A stretch of 62,126 nt of DNA from a virus. Taxonomy: Duplodnaviria > Caudoviricetes. Below, piece after piece: positions 55,006 through 62,126 of this stretch (positions are counted from its first letter, which is position 1; every line of letters starts with the position of its first letter). The notes under the pieces are model-generated. The model saw only the letters and a list, made by a program, of their open reading frames with translations. It was not told the origin of the DNA and did no database searches. The stretch is taken from the IMG/VR virus record IMGVR_UViG_3300012940_000027, positions 1 to 62,126 of that record. One strand, 5' to 3'. The translations under genes and the position numbers were made by a program.

Positions 55006-55464
55006 CTACACCCGATTAGTAGCCTTCTGGCTACTTTTAGTATACCGATTTCGTCGCTTTTCCGCTACCAGCTCATAGCCCGGCACGATCTCGCCGTCGA
55101 GCACGGCGATGATGTTCTTGTAGTCCTCGGGCCGCCAGAGGTAGACGCGGTTGCCGGCGTGGAGGAGCGTGGTCAGCCAGACGCGCTGCGCGGGCTTCGG
55201 ATATTCACCGGGCATTTTCAGCTCGGCGTAGATGGTGCCCTTCTCTGGGTGCGCCAGCACCAGGTCGGGAAAGCCGGCCGGGGAGCGACGGCTGTCGTGC
55301 GTGTGATAGGCCAGCCACTCACGCGCCTGCGCCTCACGCATGACGATGCCGGTGAAATCGGCTTCGTTGCGCGGGTAGATCGCCCAGCGCAGTTCCTCGG
55401 CGCTCATCTCGTACTGGTCAGCCGGAATGCCGGCCAATGCCCGCCGGCGAGGATACCGTGCCAT
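55006..55464 (-). CDS. VRR-NUC domain nuclease (Holliday junction resolvase-like)
   Basis: E..F, HTHDSRRS..GFPDLVL..ELK..Q..W..WRP.D. Confidence 0.85.
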   Translation of the reverse strand: MARYPRRRALAGIPADQYEMSAEELRWAIYPRNEADFTGIVMREAQAREWLAYHTHDSRRSPAGFPDLVLAHPEKGTIYAELKMPGEYPKPAQRVWLTTLLHAGNRVYLWRPEDYKNIIAVLDGEIVPGYELVAEKRRNRYTKSSQKATNRV

Positions 55465-55466
55465 CG

Positions 55467-57272
55467 TTACAGCTCCGCCTCGTAGTCGTCCGGATCGTAG
55501 AGGGCGGTGACATCGGCGTAGCGATGGGTCACCGCGTCGTACTTGAACAGGGCCACGCCCAGCTCGCCGTGGTCGGGGAAGCGCATCTTCTGGATGTGGA
55601 CCTGCACCGGCTCGTCCTTGTTCTTCTTGTCGCGCCAGATCGAGAGGATGATGTCGGCCTTCTCGTACCAGTGGCGGCTGTCGGAAATGTCGTAGGGGGT
55701 CACCACCGGCATGCGGCGGGTGCCCTCGCGATCGACCTCCATCGCCATCTTCTTGGGGTGGGCGGCGATGACCACCAGGACACCGAACTCGCGTCCGAAG
55801 CGACGGAAGCGGGAGAGGCAGAGATCGATCCAGTCGGTCAGGCTGAGGTTGCCCCGCTCGGCCTGGGAGACCTCCGTCCACGGGTCGATGATGAGCAGCT
55901 TGATGCCGTTGCGGTAGACCAGCGTTTGCGCTCGCTCGAGGATGGCGTCGATGGTCGGCTCCGGCGGCATGATGAAGCTGATCTTCTTGCTGATCGTGGC
56001 GACGGCCTGGCGCACCTCGTCGCGGGTCGCCGGGGTGTAGCCGGTCGAGCCGGTGAACTTCTGATTCATCGGCTTGCCGAGCAGGGTCTCCACCAGGTCG
56101 CGAACGTGGCGCTCAGGCGGGTGGTACTCCGGCGAGAAGACGCCGCAGTTCCAGTCGTGATTGACGGCCAGGTCGAGCATGACGCTGTTCATGAAGACCG
56201 ATTTACCGGAGCTGGGGACGCCGGTGAGGATGAGGAGCTGGCTCGGCGAGAACCGGCATTTCTCGGCGAACGCCGGCCAGGTCGTGATGCGAGCGCCTTC
56301 CTCGGTGTCGTGCTCGTACTTCCAGAGGTATTCGAGGTAGTCGGCCGGCTCGTTGATGCCATCGACCGGATACGGCTCGGCCATGTCGATCGCGGCCAGG
56401 ATGCCGGCGGCGCCGCCCTGCCAGCCGTCGGAGCAAAGCGTGTCGTTGGCGTCCTTGCAGCCCTCGGGCCAGAAAACGCGCCAGCACTTCCCGCGGCCGA
56501 TGCGTCGGGCGAGCTCGTCCATCAGGCGGCGGCCCGGTTCGTCCATGTCGCCGCAGAGCACCACCCTGCGGGCGTTGTTGAGCGCCCTCTCACCGCTTGG
56601 CAGGTACGAGAAGTCGGCCTTCTCGATGTCGGTGTTCAGGGAGGGAGCGCCATTCGGCGGGGAGATGACGTTGGTGATCCCAGCTTCGGCCAGGGCCAGC
56701 ACGTCCATCTCGCCCTCGACGATGTAGATCGTCTCGGCTCCCTGCACGCGGTCGAGGTTCCAGAAGATCAGCTCCGCGCCGCTCTCCAGCCAGAACTTCT
56801 TTTGCGGACCACGGTGCTTGACGTTAACCAGCTCGCCGTCGCGGAGGTACGGGAAACAGATGCTTCGCTCGTCCTCGACCACGCCGAACGCCTGGTAGAC
56901 CTCCGGGCTGATGCCGCGATCCTGCATGAACTTCTGGAGCCGGGTCTGGGTCGGTTTCGGCTCGATAGGCTTGGGCTTGTCGTAGACCTTTTTCTTTTCG
57001 CGCTCCAGCGGCGGGTTGTAGAGCGCCCGGTTGAAGCCGCCACGCGGTTCGAGGCCGCGCTCCTTGGCGAAACCAGGCTCAGGTCCGGTCCAGCCGCAGT
57101 GAAAGCAGTTCCAGGTGTTCTTGTCGAGATTGACGCTGAGACAGCGTTCCCGGCTGTTGCGCCGGGTGTGGCTGCACTTGGGGCAGAGCGTCTTCACGTC
57201 GCCGGTGGTGCGCCCGTGGGGAATCTCGATCCCCAGCTCGATCCAGTTGATGGGTGGGAAGTCTCCCGTCAT
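55467..57272 (-). CDS. Bifunctional primase-helicase (T7 gp4/Twinkle-like)
   Basis: CPKC..CFHCG zinc finger; IVEGEMD and DMD TOPRIM; GVPSSGKS Walker A; IIDPW; AHP. Confidence 0.9.
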   Translation of the reverse strand: MTGDFPPINWIELGIEIPHGRTTGDVKTLCPKCSHTRRNSRERCLSVNLDKNTWNCFHCGWTGPEPGFAKERGLEPRGGFNRALYNPPLEREKKKVYDKPKPIEPKPTQTRLQKFMQDRGISPEVYQAFGVVEDERSICFPYLRDGELVNVKHRGPQKKFWLESGAELIFWNLDRVQGAETIYIVEGEMDVLALAEAGITNVISPPNGAPSLNTDIEKADFSYLPSGERALNNARRVVLCGDMDEPGRRLMDELARRIGRGKCWRVFWPEGCKDANDTLCSDGWQGGAAGILAAIDMAEPYPVDGINEPADYLEYLWKYEHDTEEGARITTWPAFAEKCRFSPSQLLILTGVPSSGKSVFMNSVMLDLAVNHDWNCGVFSPEYHPPERHVRDLVETLLGKPMNQKFTGSTGYTPATRDEVRQAVATISKKISFIMPPEPTIDAILERAQTLVYRNGIKLLIIDPWTEVSQAERGNLSLTDWIDLCLSRFRRFGREFGVLVVIAAHPKKMAMEVDREGTRRMPVVTPYDISDSRHWYEKADIILSIWRDKKNKDEPVQVHIQKMRFPDHGELGVALFKYDAVTHRYADVTALYDPDDYEAEL

Positions 57273-57311
57273 AAGCTCCTCCTCTGCTATCGTCTCGTAG
57301 CTACTTGGCAA

Positions 57312-58376
57312 CTACGCGAACGAATCGGGGTGTTCCCACATTCGACAGTGATTGGCGTAGGCCCGCTTGAAGCCAGCGAGCTGCTCCGGTGTCATCACGT
57401 CTTTGAGCTTGGCGCCGGCCTCGATCGCCGCCACCTGCTCGACGGAGAGGTGCCACGAGGTGCCGACGTGGTAGGTCAGCGGGTTGAAGCCGTACTTCAG
57501 GCCGCGCCAGAGCGGCTTGCCGTTCCAGGTCTCCGGCTCCGGCTCCTGCGTCGGCAGATCGATGTCGAGCTGATCCTCCCAGCCGCCGGCGTTGAGCCAG
57601 CTCGCCGGGTACGGGATGAACTGGCCGCCCTGCTTCAGCCATTCGGGCGACTGCTTCTGGCGCTCGACCGCGGCGATCATGCGCTCGGTCATCGCGTCGT
57701 CCGGCTTGATCCTGTCCCAGGCCCGCCGCGCCGCTGCCGGATGGCGCTTCTTGGGGTAGTGCGCGTACCAGCGGGCAAAGCGTTCTTCGAGGGTGCTGCG
57801 CTTGCCCGGAGCGGTTGACGCCACACCGTCGTCACTGGCGCTCTCGCTCCCCCTTTGGGGGGTATGGGGGGTGTCTTGGTCTATATCCGTCTTGGAGAGA
57901 GACGTATTGTTATTGCATGGTCTCTCTGACCAATCGGTCTGGTCTGTGTGACCACTCGGATTGGTCTCTGTGACCACTCCAGAGGTCTGTGTGACCACTT
58001 CCCCACCCTCGGCCGGATCGCTTTTCGTCACGTCGAGGACGGTGTAAACGCTGCTGACCTTCAGGCCGTCGGCGTCGGTGCGGCTGGTGACAGAGAGCAG
58101 CGGAGCGAGGTCGTGGCGGTCGAGCACGCCATCCTCGCCGGTCAGCGTGCGCAGGGACCGCTGGACGGTGCTCACGCTGGTCCCGGTTTTCTCGGCGATC
58201 GTCTTCAGGCGGATCGTGCATTCCCGTGTCTCGAACGAGACCCGAGAGAGGATGCACATGTAGACGGCAATCGGATTCGGACCGATGACCGGCGCGTAGT
58301 GAAACATCACCTCGTTGTCGACGATGAAGAATCCACGACGCCGCCGGCCGTCCTGGAATCCGGTGCTCATCGCCAC
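57312..58376 (-). CDS. Replication initiator with HTH and DnaD-like C-domain
   Basis: FFIVDN..TIAEKTGTSVSTVQRSL; F..W..YPKK..A..AW; FIPYPASWLN..WED. Confidence 0.85.
   Translation of the reverse strand: MAMSTGFQDGRRRRGFFIVDNEVMFHYAPVIGPNPIAVYMCILSRVSFETRECTIRLKTIAEKTGTSVSTVQRSLRTLTGEDGVLDRHDLAPLLSVTSRTDADGLKVSSVYTVLDVTKSDPAEGGEVVTQTSGVVTETNPSGHTDQTDWSERPCNNNTSLSKTDIDQDTPHTPQRGSESASDDGVASTAPGKRSTLEERFARWYAHYPKKRHPAAARRAWDRIKPDDAMTERMIAAVERQKQSPEWLKQGGQFIPYPASWLNAGGWEDQLDIDLPTQEPEPETWNGKPLWRGLKYGFNPLTYHVGTSWHLSVEQVAAIEAGAKLKDVMTPEQLAGFKRAYANHCRMWEHPDSFA
57919..57999. repeat. Four iterons (GGTCTSTSTGACCA), putative replication origin
   Basis: Starts 57919, 57941, 57963, 57984 (22/22/21-bp spacing) inside initiator gene beside AT-rich patch. 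Confidence 0.8.
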
Positions 58377-58416
58377 GCCCCGAGGGTCATTTTCTGCGGA
58401 GATGCTGAGGAAAGTG

Positions 58417-58495
58417 TGGTATAATCCACCCTAGAAACTCCTTTCAGTTCACGAACGCCGCCCCAGGTCCGACACCCGGCGGCGTTCGTGTTTCT
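58417..58495 (+). ncRNA. Putative ~65-nt antisense RNA to replication-initiator leader (with promoter)
   Basis: Extended -10 TG-G-TATAAT 58417-58425; 13-bp hairpin 58450-58490 + TTTCT. Confidence 0.5.
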
Positions 58496-58575
58496 GGCCG
58501 TCCAAGTATAACCTACCGCGCTACGAATAGTTGCTAGTTGGCAACCATTCGGGAAACGTAGAGTAGCCATATGGG

Positions 58576-58604
58576 TTGCATAGGGTATCCCCATGTGCTA
58601 CCTT
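58576..58604 (+). promoter_or_regulatory. Antisense promoter TTGCAT-17-TACCTT
   Basis: Consensus-like hexamers, 17-bp spacer, extended TG. Confidence 0.55.
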
Positions 58605-58779
58605 GGCTGAGGCAGAGAGACTCGATACCTGCCTCCCATCTACGCACTCCGGGCACCCAGCCCGGCGACTCATGCCGAGGCCCCTCCTGACGGCTGTTGA
58701 GTCGAAACCACTGGTTCGGGGCGGCATGCAGACCCCGCCCCGAACCGCCGTCACCCGCCACTGCGCAATCGGCGGACGC

Positions 58780-58808
58780 TTGACGGAGAATTGCCTTAGT
58801 GCTACCCT
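58780..58808 (+). promoter_or_regulatory. Antisense promoter TTGACG-17-TACCCT
   Basis: Consensus-like hexamers, 17-bp spacer, extended TG; one-mismatch operators at 58790-58805 and 58813-58828. Confidence 0.6.
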
Positions 58809-58813
58809 AATGG

Positions 58814-58890
58814 TGGCCCTAGGGCTACCACCGGATTCTTGGTCGTCTCCGACGTGGGCGAAGCGCCACTGCACCCGCAGTGGCGTTTTT
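58814..58890 (+). ncRNA. Putative anti-SAS small RNA (~75 nt)
   Basis: Promoter upstream, UUCUUGGUCGUCUCC seed (58836-58850), intrinsic terminator. Confidence 0.55.
58861..58890 (+). terminator. Intrinsic terminator (+ strand)
   Basis: AAGCGCCACTGC-ACCC-GCAGTGGCGTTTTT. Confidence 0.8.
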
Positions 58891-58901
58891 GCATGCCCGC
58901 G

Positions 58902-59723
58902 CTAGCTCCGGGCCGGAGCCTGGCCCATGATCTGCTGCTTCTGCTTCGTGACCGCGGCGTCGATCTCGGGGTGGAGGCGCAGTCCGTTTTCTTGCAGCGC
59001 CGTGATGACGTTTTCCAGCGCCGCTGCCGTCCGGGCGTTGCTGATGTTGCGCAGCCAGGCGAAGAGAGTCTGGTCCTGGCCGGACGATGGCGGTGGCGGT
59101 GCCGAGGGCGCCGGCGCGGCGTTGGACGTGTCGCCGCCGAGGCGCTTGATGAGGTCGGACGCCTGCGCCTTGCTGAGCTGGGCGAGCACCGCGCCGTAGA
59201 TCGACTTCGCGTGGGCGTTGGCCTCATCCGGGTCCACACCCTGCTCCTCGTACATCTTGCCGAGCTTGAAGAGCTGCTTGTCGGTCGCCGGCTCCGCGGA
59301 GTAGCGTCCATTAGCCGTATTCGTAGCTCTCTGGCTACCATAGGAACCGGAGGCCCGGCCGGGCGTGGCGACCGGCGCATCGACCACGCGGTCGGTGCCC
59401 TCGTCGAAGTCGGTGGCGAACTGCGTGCCGAAGCCCAGCGCGGCCAGTGCCCGGCCCAGCGCCTTGGTCTCGGCCTTTTCCACGAAATCGCGGAAGTCGC
59501 TGTACTGCTCCTGTCCCCAGCCGGTGGCCGAGCCGCCGCCGGGGATGGTCACCTTCGCCCGGAACACCGCCGCGTCGCCGGTGAAGCTGGTCATCTCCGT
59601 GGCGATCTCGGCGTCAGGGTGCTCGGTGCGCAGCCAGAGCAGCCGCCATTTCACTTCGAGGTATTCGGCTCCTGAGACACGAGTCAGGAACCGGGATGGT
59701 TCAAATACGCTTGCGTTCTCCAC
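58902..59723 (-). CDS. Rad52/Sak-like single-strand annealing protein
   Basis: YLEVKWRL.W.R, ATGWG, EKAETKALGRALAALGFG; AT.KQ..L C-terminal motif; SAS 59724-59734. Confidence 0.8.
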   Translation of the reverse strand: MENASVFEPSRFLTRVSGAEYLEVKWRLLWLRTEHPDAEIATEMTSFTGDAAVFRAKVTIPGGGSATGWGQEQYSDFRDFVEKAETKALGRALAALGFGTQFATDFDEGTDRVVDAPVATPGRASGSYGSQRATNTANGRYSAEPATDKQLFKLGKMYEEQGVDPDEANAHAKSIYGAVLAQLSKAQASDLIKRLGGDTSNAAPAPSAPPPPSSGQDQTLFAWLRNISNARTAAALENVITALQENGLRLHPEIDAAVTKQKQQIMGQAPARS

Positions 59724-59883
59724 TGGTCGTCTCCCGGTAAAGTATCCAGCCCCAGGCAGGGGGGGCCTCGGCTGGATCGATCACGAGGTGCTTGTCAACG
59801 ATGCGAAAGCCCTCCTTGGTGATGCGCTGAACCTCGGCGTCGAATGCCGATTCCTCATCGCCGGAAAGCTCGTGGAAGCTCAT
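59701..59883 (-). CDS. Small hypothetical protein, first gene of leftward operon
   Basis: GGAGACC before ATG; promoter 59975-60003. Confidence 0.45.
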   Translation of the reverse strand: MSFHELSGDEESAFDAEVQRITKEGFRIVDKHLVIDPAEAPPAWGWILYRETTSGERKRI

Positions 59884-59974
59884 GGTCTCCAGCCACCCTG
59901 CCGGATGTGCCGTGATCGAACTTTCCGACTTTCCACCCAAAACTCCCGCACTCACGCGACTTTCCCCCTGGACA

Positions 59975-60003
59975 ATCCTACCAAAATCGTTGCCAATGTG
60001 CAA
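59975..60003 (-). promoter_or_regulatory. Lytic-side promoter TTGCAC-17-TAGGAT with operator
   Basis: Operator 59989-60004 and near-match 60011-60026, divergent from repressor. Confidence 0.7.
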
Positions 60004-60237
60004 CAATGAGGTAGTCCGTGCGCAACCGTTCCGCCACCTTCGTATATGCTGAAGGCAACGAACGGTCCTACTGTTAGTGTGTTGTGGTGGTATATGTACG
60101 CCCCGCCCTGGCCGTGTTAGGATAGTGGTGTGGCTACTACCAAAAAGTATCCACCTGGCTATCATTAGCGCCAGTTTCTCACACCCAGTAAGCGGTCTGC
60201 AATCAGCTTTCGGGTGGGGACTTCAGGAGGATTCTAC

Positions 60238-60687
60238 ATGCGACGAACCATGGCCCGAACGGGTGATCCGTTTCAGGACTGGCTGATCTCCGAGCTGGAA
60301 GCTCGGGACTGGACGATGGCCAAGCTCGCCCGTGAGCTGGATGTCTTCAAAGGCACAGTGGGCCGGTGGCTCTCTCCGATTGACGGCGAAGATTTCCGGC
60401 GTCCATCGATCGAGTCGTTTCGCCGTCTCGGTGAAATCTTCGGCGTCGATCCCCTCTCCATCATGGAACTCGCCGGCATTGAGGGACTGGATGTTACCAA
60501 GGACCTCTCGCCGATCAAGCGCGACATCATGTCGGCGGTGATCGCGATTCCGGACGACCTGCTGGTGTCGGTCTACCCGCAGCTCCGGGCGCTCATGGAC
60601 ACCCACGTTCAGGAGACCATTCGCAAGAAGACGGCGAAGCCAGCAGCCGGCCGGACGAAGAAGACGGCCGCTGACGCCGATGCGTAA
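60238..60687 (+). CDS. XRE-family HTH immunity repressor
   Basis: WTMAKLARELDV.KGTVGRWL..RPSIES..RLG..FGV; AGGAGG RBS; upstream of integrase. Confidence 0.85.
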   Translation: MRRTMARTGDPFQDWLISELEARDWTMAKLARELDVFKGTVGRWLSPIDGEDFRRPSIESFRRLGEIFGVDPLSIMELAGIEGLDVTKDLSPIKRDIMSAVIAIPDDLLVSVYPQLRALMDTHVQETIRKKTAKPAAGRTKKTAADADA

Positions 60688-61849
60688 GACCTCCGCTGCC
60701 GCGGCGAAGAAGCGCCCGGACAACACCGGGTCGGTGTCGATGCGGCAGCGGGCAGACGGTCGCTGGGAAGCCCGGCTCACTATTCCAGGGGGCAAGCGCC
60801 GGTCGTTCTACGGCGCGACCTGGGAGGAGGCAGAGGCGAAGATGATCGCGGCCCGCTCCGAGCTGGAGAAGGGCCGCCTGGCCGAGCCAGGGCGAGCCAC
60901 GGTGCGTACCCTGGGCGAGGAGTTCTTTCGCCTGAATCCGCTCAGCCTGCGTGAAACGACGGTCCGCTCGCGCAAGTCCTACTTCAAGTGCTGGATCGAA
61001 CCGCTGATCGGCGACGTTCCGCTGCGCAAGCTCACGGCGCAGCACGTTCACACCGTCCGCACCGCCCAGCGCGACGCCGGCAAGAAGGCCGGGACGATCA
61101 ACGGCACGCTCGCCACGATGTCAAACATCTTTGCCTACGGCGTCTCGGCCAACCTGCTCCAGCAGAATCCGGCTGCCGGTCTGGATTGGGACCCAGCGCC
61201 CGATCCTCGCGACCTGCCGATTGAGAATGCCGAACAGATCGAGCTGCTGCTCACCGCCTGCCGGGCGTCGAATTACCGCACCGCGCTCATGCTCGGCATC
61301 GGGCTGGGGCTGCGCTCGGGCGAGGCCCGTGGCCTGCGCTGGCGCGACGTGGACTTCGACAACCGTATCGTTCGCATTCGCAACGGCGTGGCCTTCCGTG
61401 ACGGCGAATCATACTTCCAGCCGCTCAAAACACGTTCGTCGCGCCGTGACCTTCCCATGCCTGACTTCATCTTCGACGAGCTGAAGCTCGCCCGAAAGGT
61501 GCAGGCGGAGAAGCGGCTCCGCCTCGGCCCGCTGTGGAAGGACCACGATCTCGTCTGCTCGAACTTCGGCACGATCCTCTCCCACGCCACCCTGGCGAAG
61601 GAGATGTTGCGCATCCGGAACAAGACCGGCATCGACGAGCTGGTCTTCCATCACCTCCGGCACCTGTGCGCCACGATGCTGATGATCAACAACGTGCCAC
61701 CGCGCATCGCCCAGGCGATCCTCGGGCACGCCACATCCCAGACCACCCTGCGCATCTACCAGCACGTCAACAGCGCCTCGCTGCGTGAAGCGGCCGAGGT
61801 CCTGAACGCCGTCTTTGCCCGCCCCGACTTCGAGGCGACCAGCGGCTGA
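60680..61849 (+). CDS. int: Tyrosine integrase
   Basis: N-terminal arm-binding domain; GLRSGE (R), LKT (K), HHLRH, LGH, IYQH (Y). Confidence 0.95.
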   Translation: MRKTSAAAAKKRPDNTGSVSMRQRADGRWEARLTIPGGKRRSFYGATWEEAEAKMIAARSELEKGRLAEPGRATVRTLGEEFFRLNPLSLRETTVRSRKSYFKCWIEPLIGDVPLRKLTAQHVHTVRTAQRDAGKKAGTINGTLATMSNIFAYGVSANLLQQNPAAGLDWDPAPDPRDLPIENAEQIELLLTACRASNYRTALMLGIGLGLRSGEARGLRWRDVDFDNRIVRIRNGVAFRDGESYFQPLKTRSSRRDLPMPDFIFDELKLARKVQAEKRLRLGPLWKDHDLVCSNFGTILSHATLAKEMLRIRNKTGIDELVFHHLRHLCATMLMINNVPPRIAQAILGHATSQTTLRIYQHVNSASLREAAEVLNAVFARPDFEATSG

Positions 61850-61948
61850 AACGACAGTGCCCGGCGGCAACGAATCGTAGCCACCCTGCTGTCATTTACT
61901 GGCGTTTCGGGCGCGGTTGTCGTCAAATGTGGGGTCAAACGTCCGGGG

Positions 61949-62126
61949 TCAGACCGAAATTTCGCGGATTTCCTCGGAAGAATCCCATTGCATCGTATAC
62001 AGGGTGTAGTAGTAGCCGCCTTTTGCCATCAGCTCGTCGTGCGTGCCCTGCTCGACCACATTGCCGAGGCTCATCACCACGACGATATCGGCCTCGCGGA
62101 TCGTGGAAAGCCGGTGCGCGATGACG
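61949..62126 (-). CDS. Host ABC transporter ATP-binding protein, 3' part (partial), ending in phage-supplied tail
   Basis: [58 protein letters not shown]. Confidence 0.9.
   Translation of the reverse strand, partial: VIAHRLSTIREADIVVVMSLGNVVEQGTHDELMAKGGYYYTLYTMQWDSSEEIREISV
62004..62014. repeat. Attachment-site core (right junction) GTGTAGTAGTA
   Basis: Identical to 113-123. Confidence 0.85.

Larger units (their letters stand above)
113..62014. mobile_element. Complete temperate prophage (siphovirus-like), ~61.9 kb
   Basis: 11-bp direct repeat at both ends; tyrosine integrase at right end and excisionase at left end; full terminase-portal-capsid-tail-tape measure-lysis set plus replication and repressor genes. 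Confidence 0.95.

Noticed and set aside
55437-57818. Long + strand ORFs (also 9165-11141, 16179-17972, 29372-31117, 34545-36584)
   Set aside because: Antisense shadows of real minus-strand genes in high-GC DNA; no motifs or RBS
58602-58710. Hammerhead-like three-way junction
   Set aside because: Conserved CUGANGA core is absent (CUGAGGC) and GAAA is misplaced
58602-58712. tRNA/tmRNA-like fragments on the minus strand (TCGAGTCTCTCTGCCTCAGCCA; GGTTTCGAC)
   Set aside because: No complete cloverleaf, acceptor pairing or canonical T-arm could be built
58576-58905. 109-aa + strand ORF across the sRNA region
   Set aside because: Its TTG start is the -35 hexamer, there is no RBS, composition is low-information, and it runs through a terminator
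60640-60687. ssrA-like degradation tag on repressor (AADADA) implying integration-dependent immunity
   Set aside because: att is not within the repressor gene and Ala-rich ends are common in this genome

Overview
The window is almost entirely one apparently complete, GC-rich temperate siphovirus-like prophage (~61.9 kb, att cores GTGTAGTAGTA at 113-123 and 62004-62014). It is integrated in the 3' end of a host ABC-transporter ATPase gene, and the phage supplies a recoded replacement C-terminus. Nearly all genes are on the minus strand. From right to left: integrase/repressor (+), Rad52-like annealing protein, replication initiator with iterons, primase-helicase, an array of small genes, a BglII-family R-M moron (+), a HAD/ParB/ParB-MTase/ParB/CmoA-like cluster abutting the terminases, head (with HicAB), tail, lysis, thyX, a second small-gene array and excisionase. 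The host may be Chloroflexota/Thermomicrobia-like (inference only). The most striking unexplained structure is regulatory. An 11-nt start-associated sequence (GGAGACGACCA) sits before about 20 non-structural genes. About 25 GTWGC-N6-GCWAC palindromes occur, many built into near-identical sigma70 promoters. An antisense (+ strand) promoter-terminator unit at ~58780-58890 would make a ~75-nt RNA carrying the exact complement of the start-associated sequence, a candidate genome-wide anti-RBS small-RNA switch. The second best candidate novelty is a packaging-linked carboxy-SAM (CmoA-like) DNA-modification module. All family assignments come from motif recognition by eye, motif counts are manual and may be incomplete, and no database searches were run.
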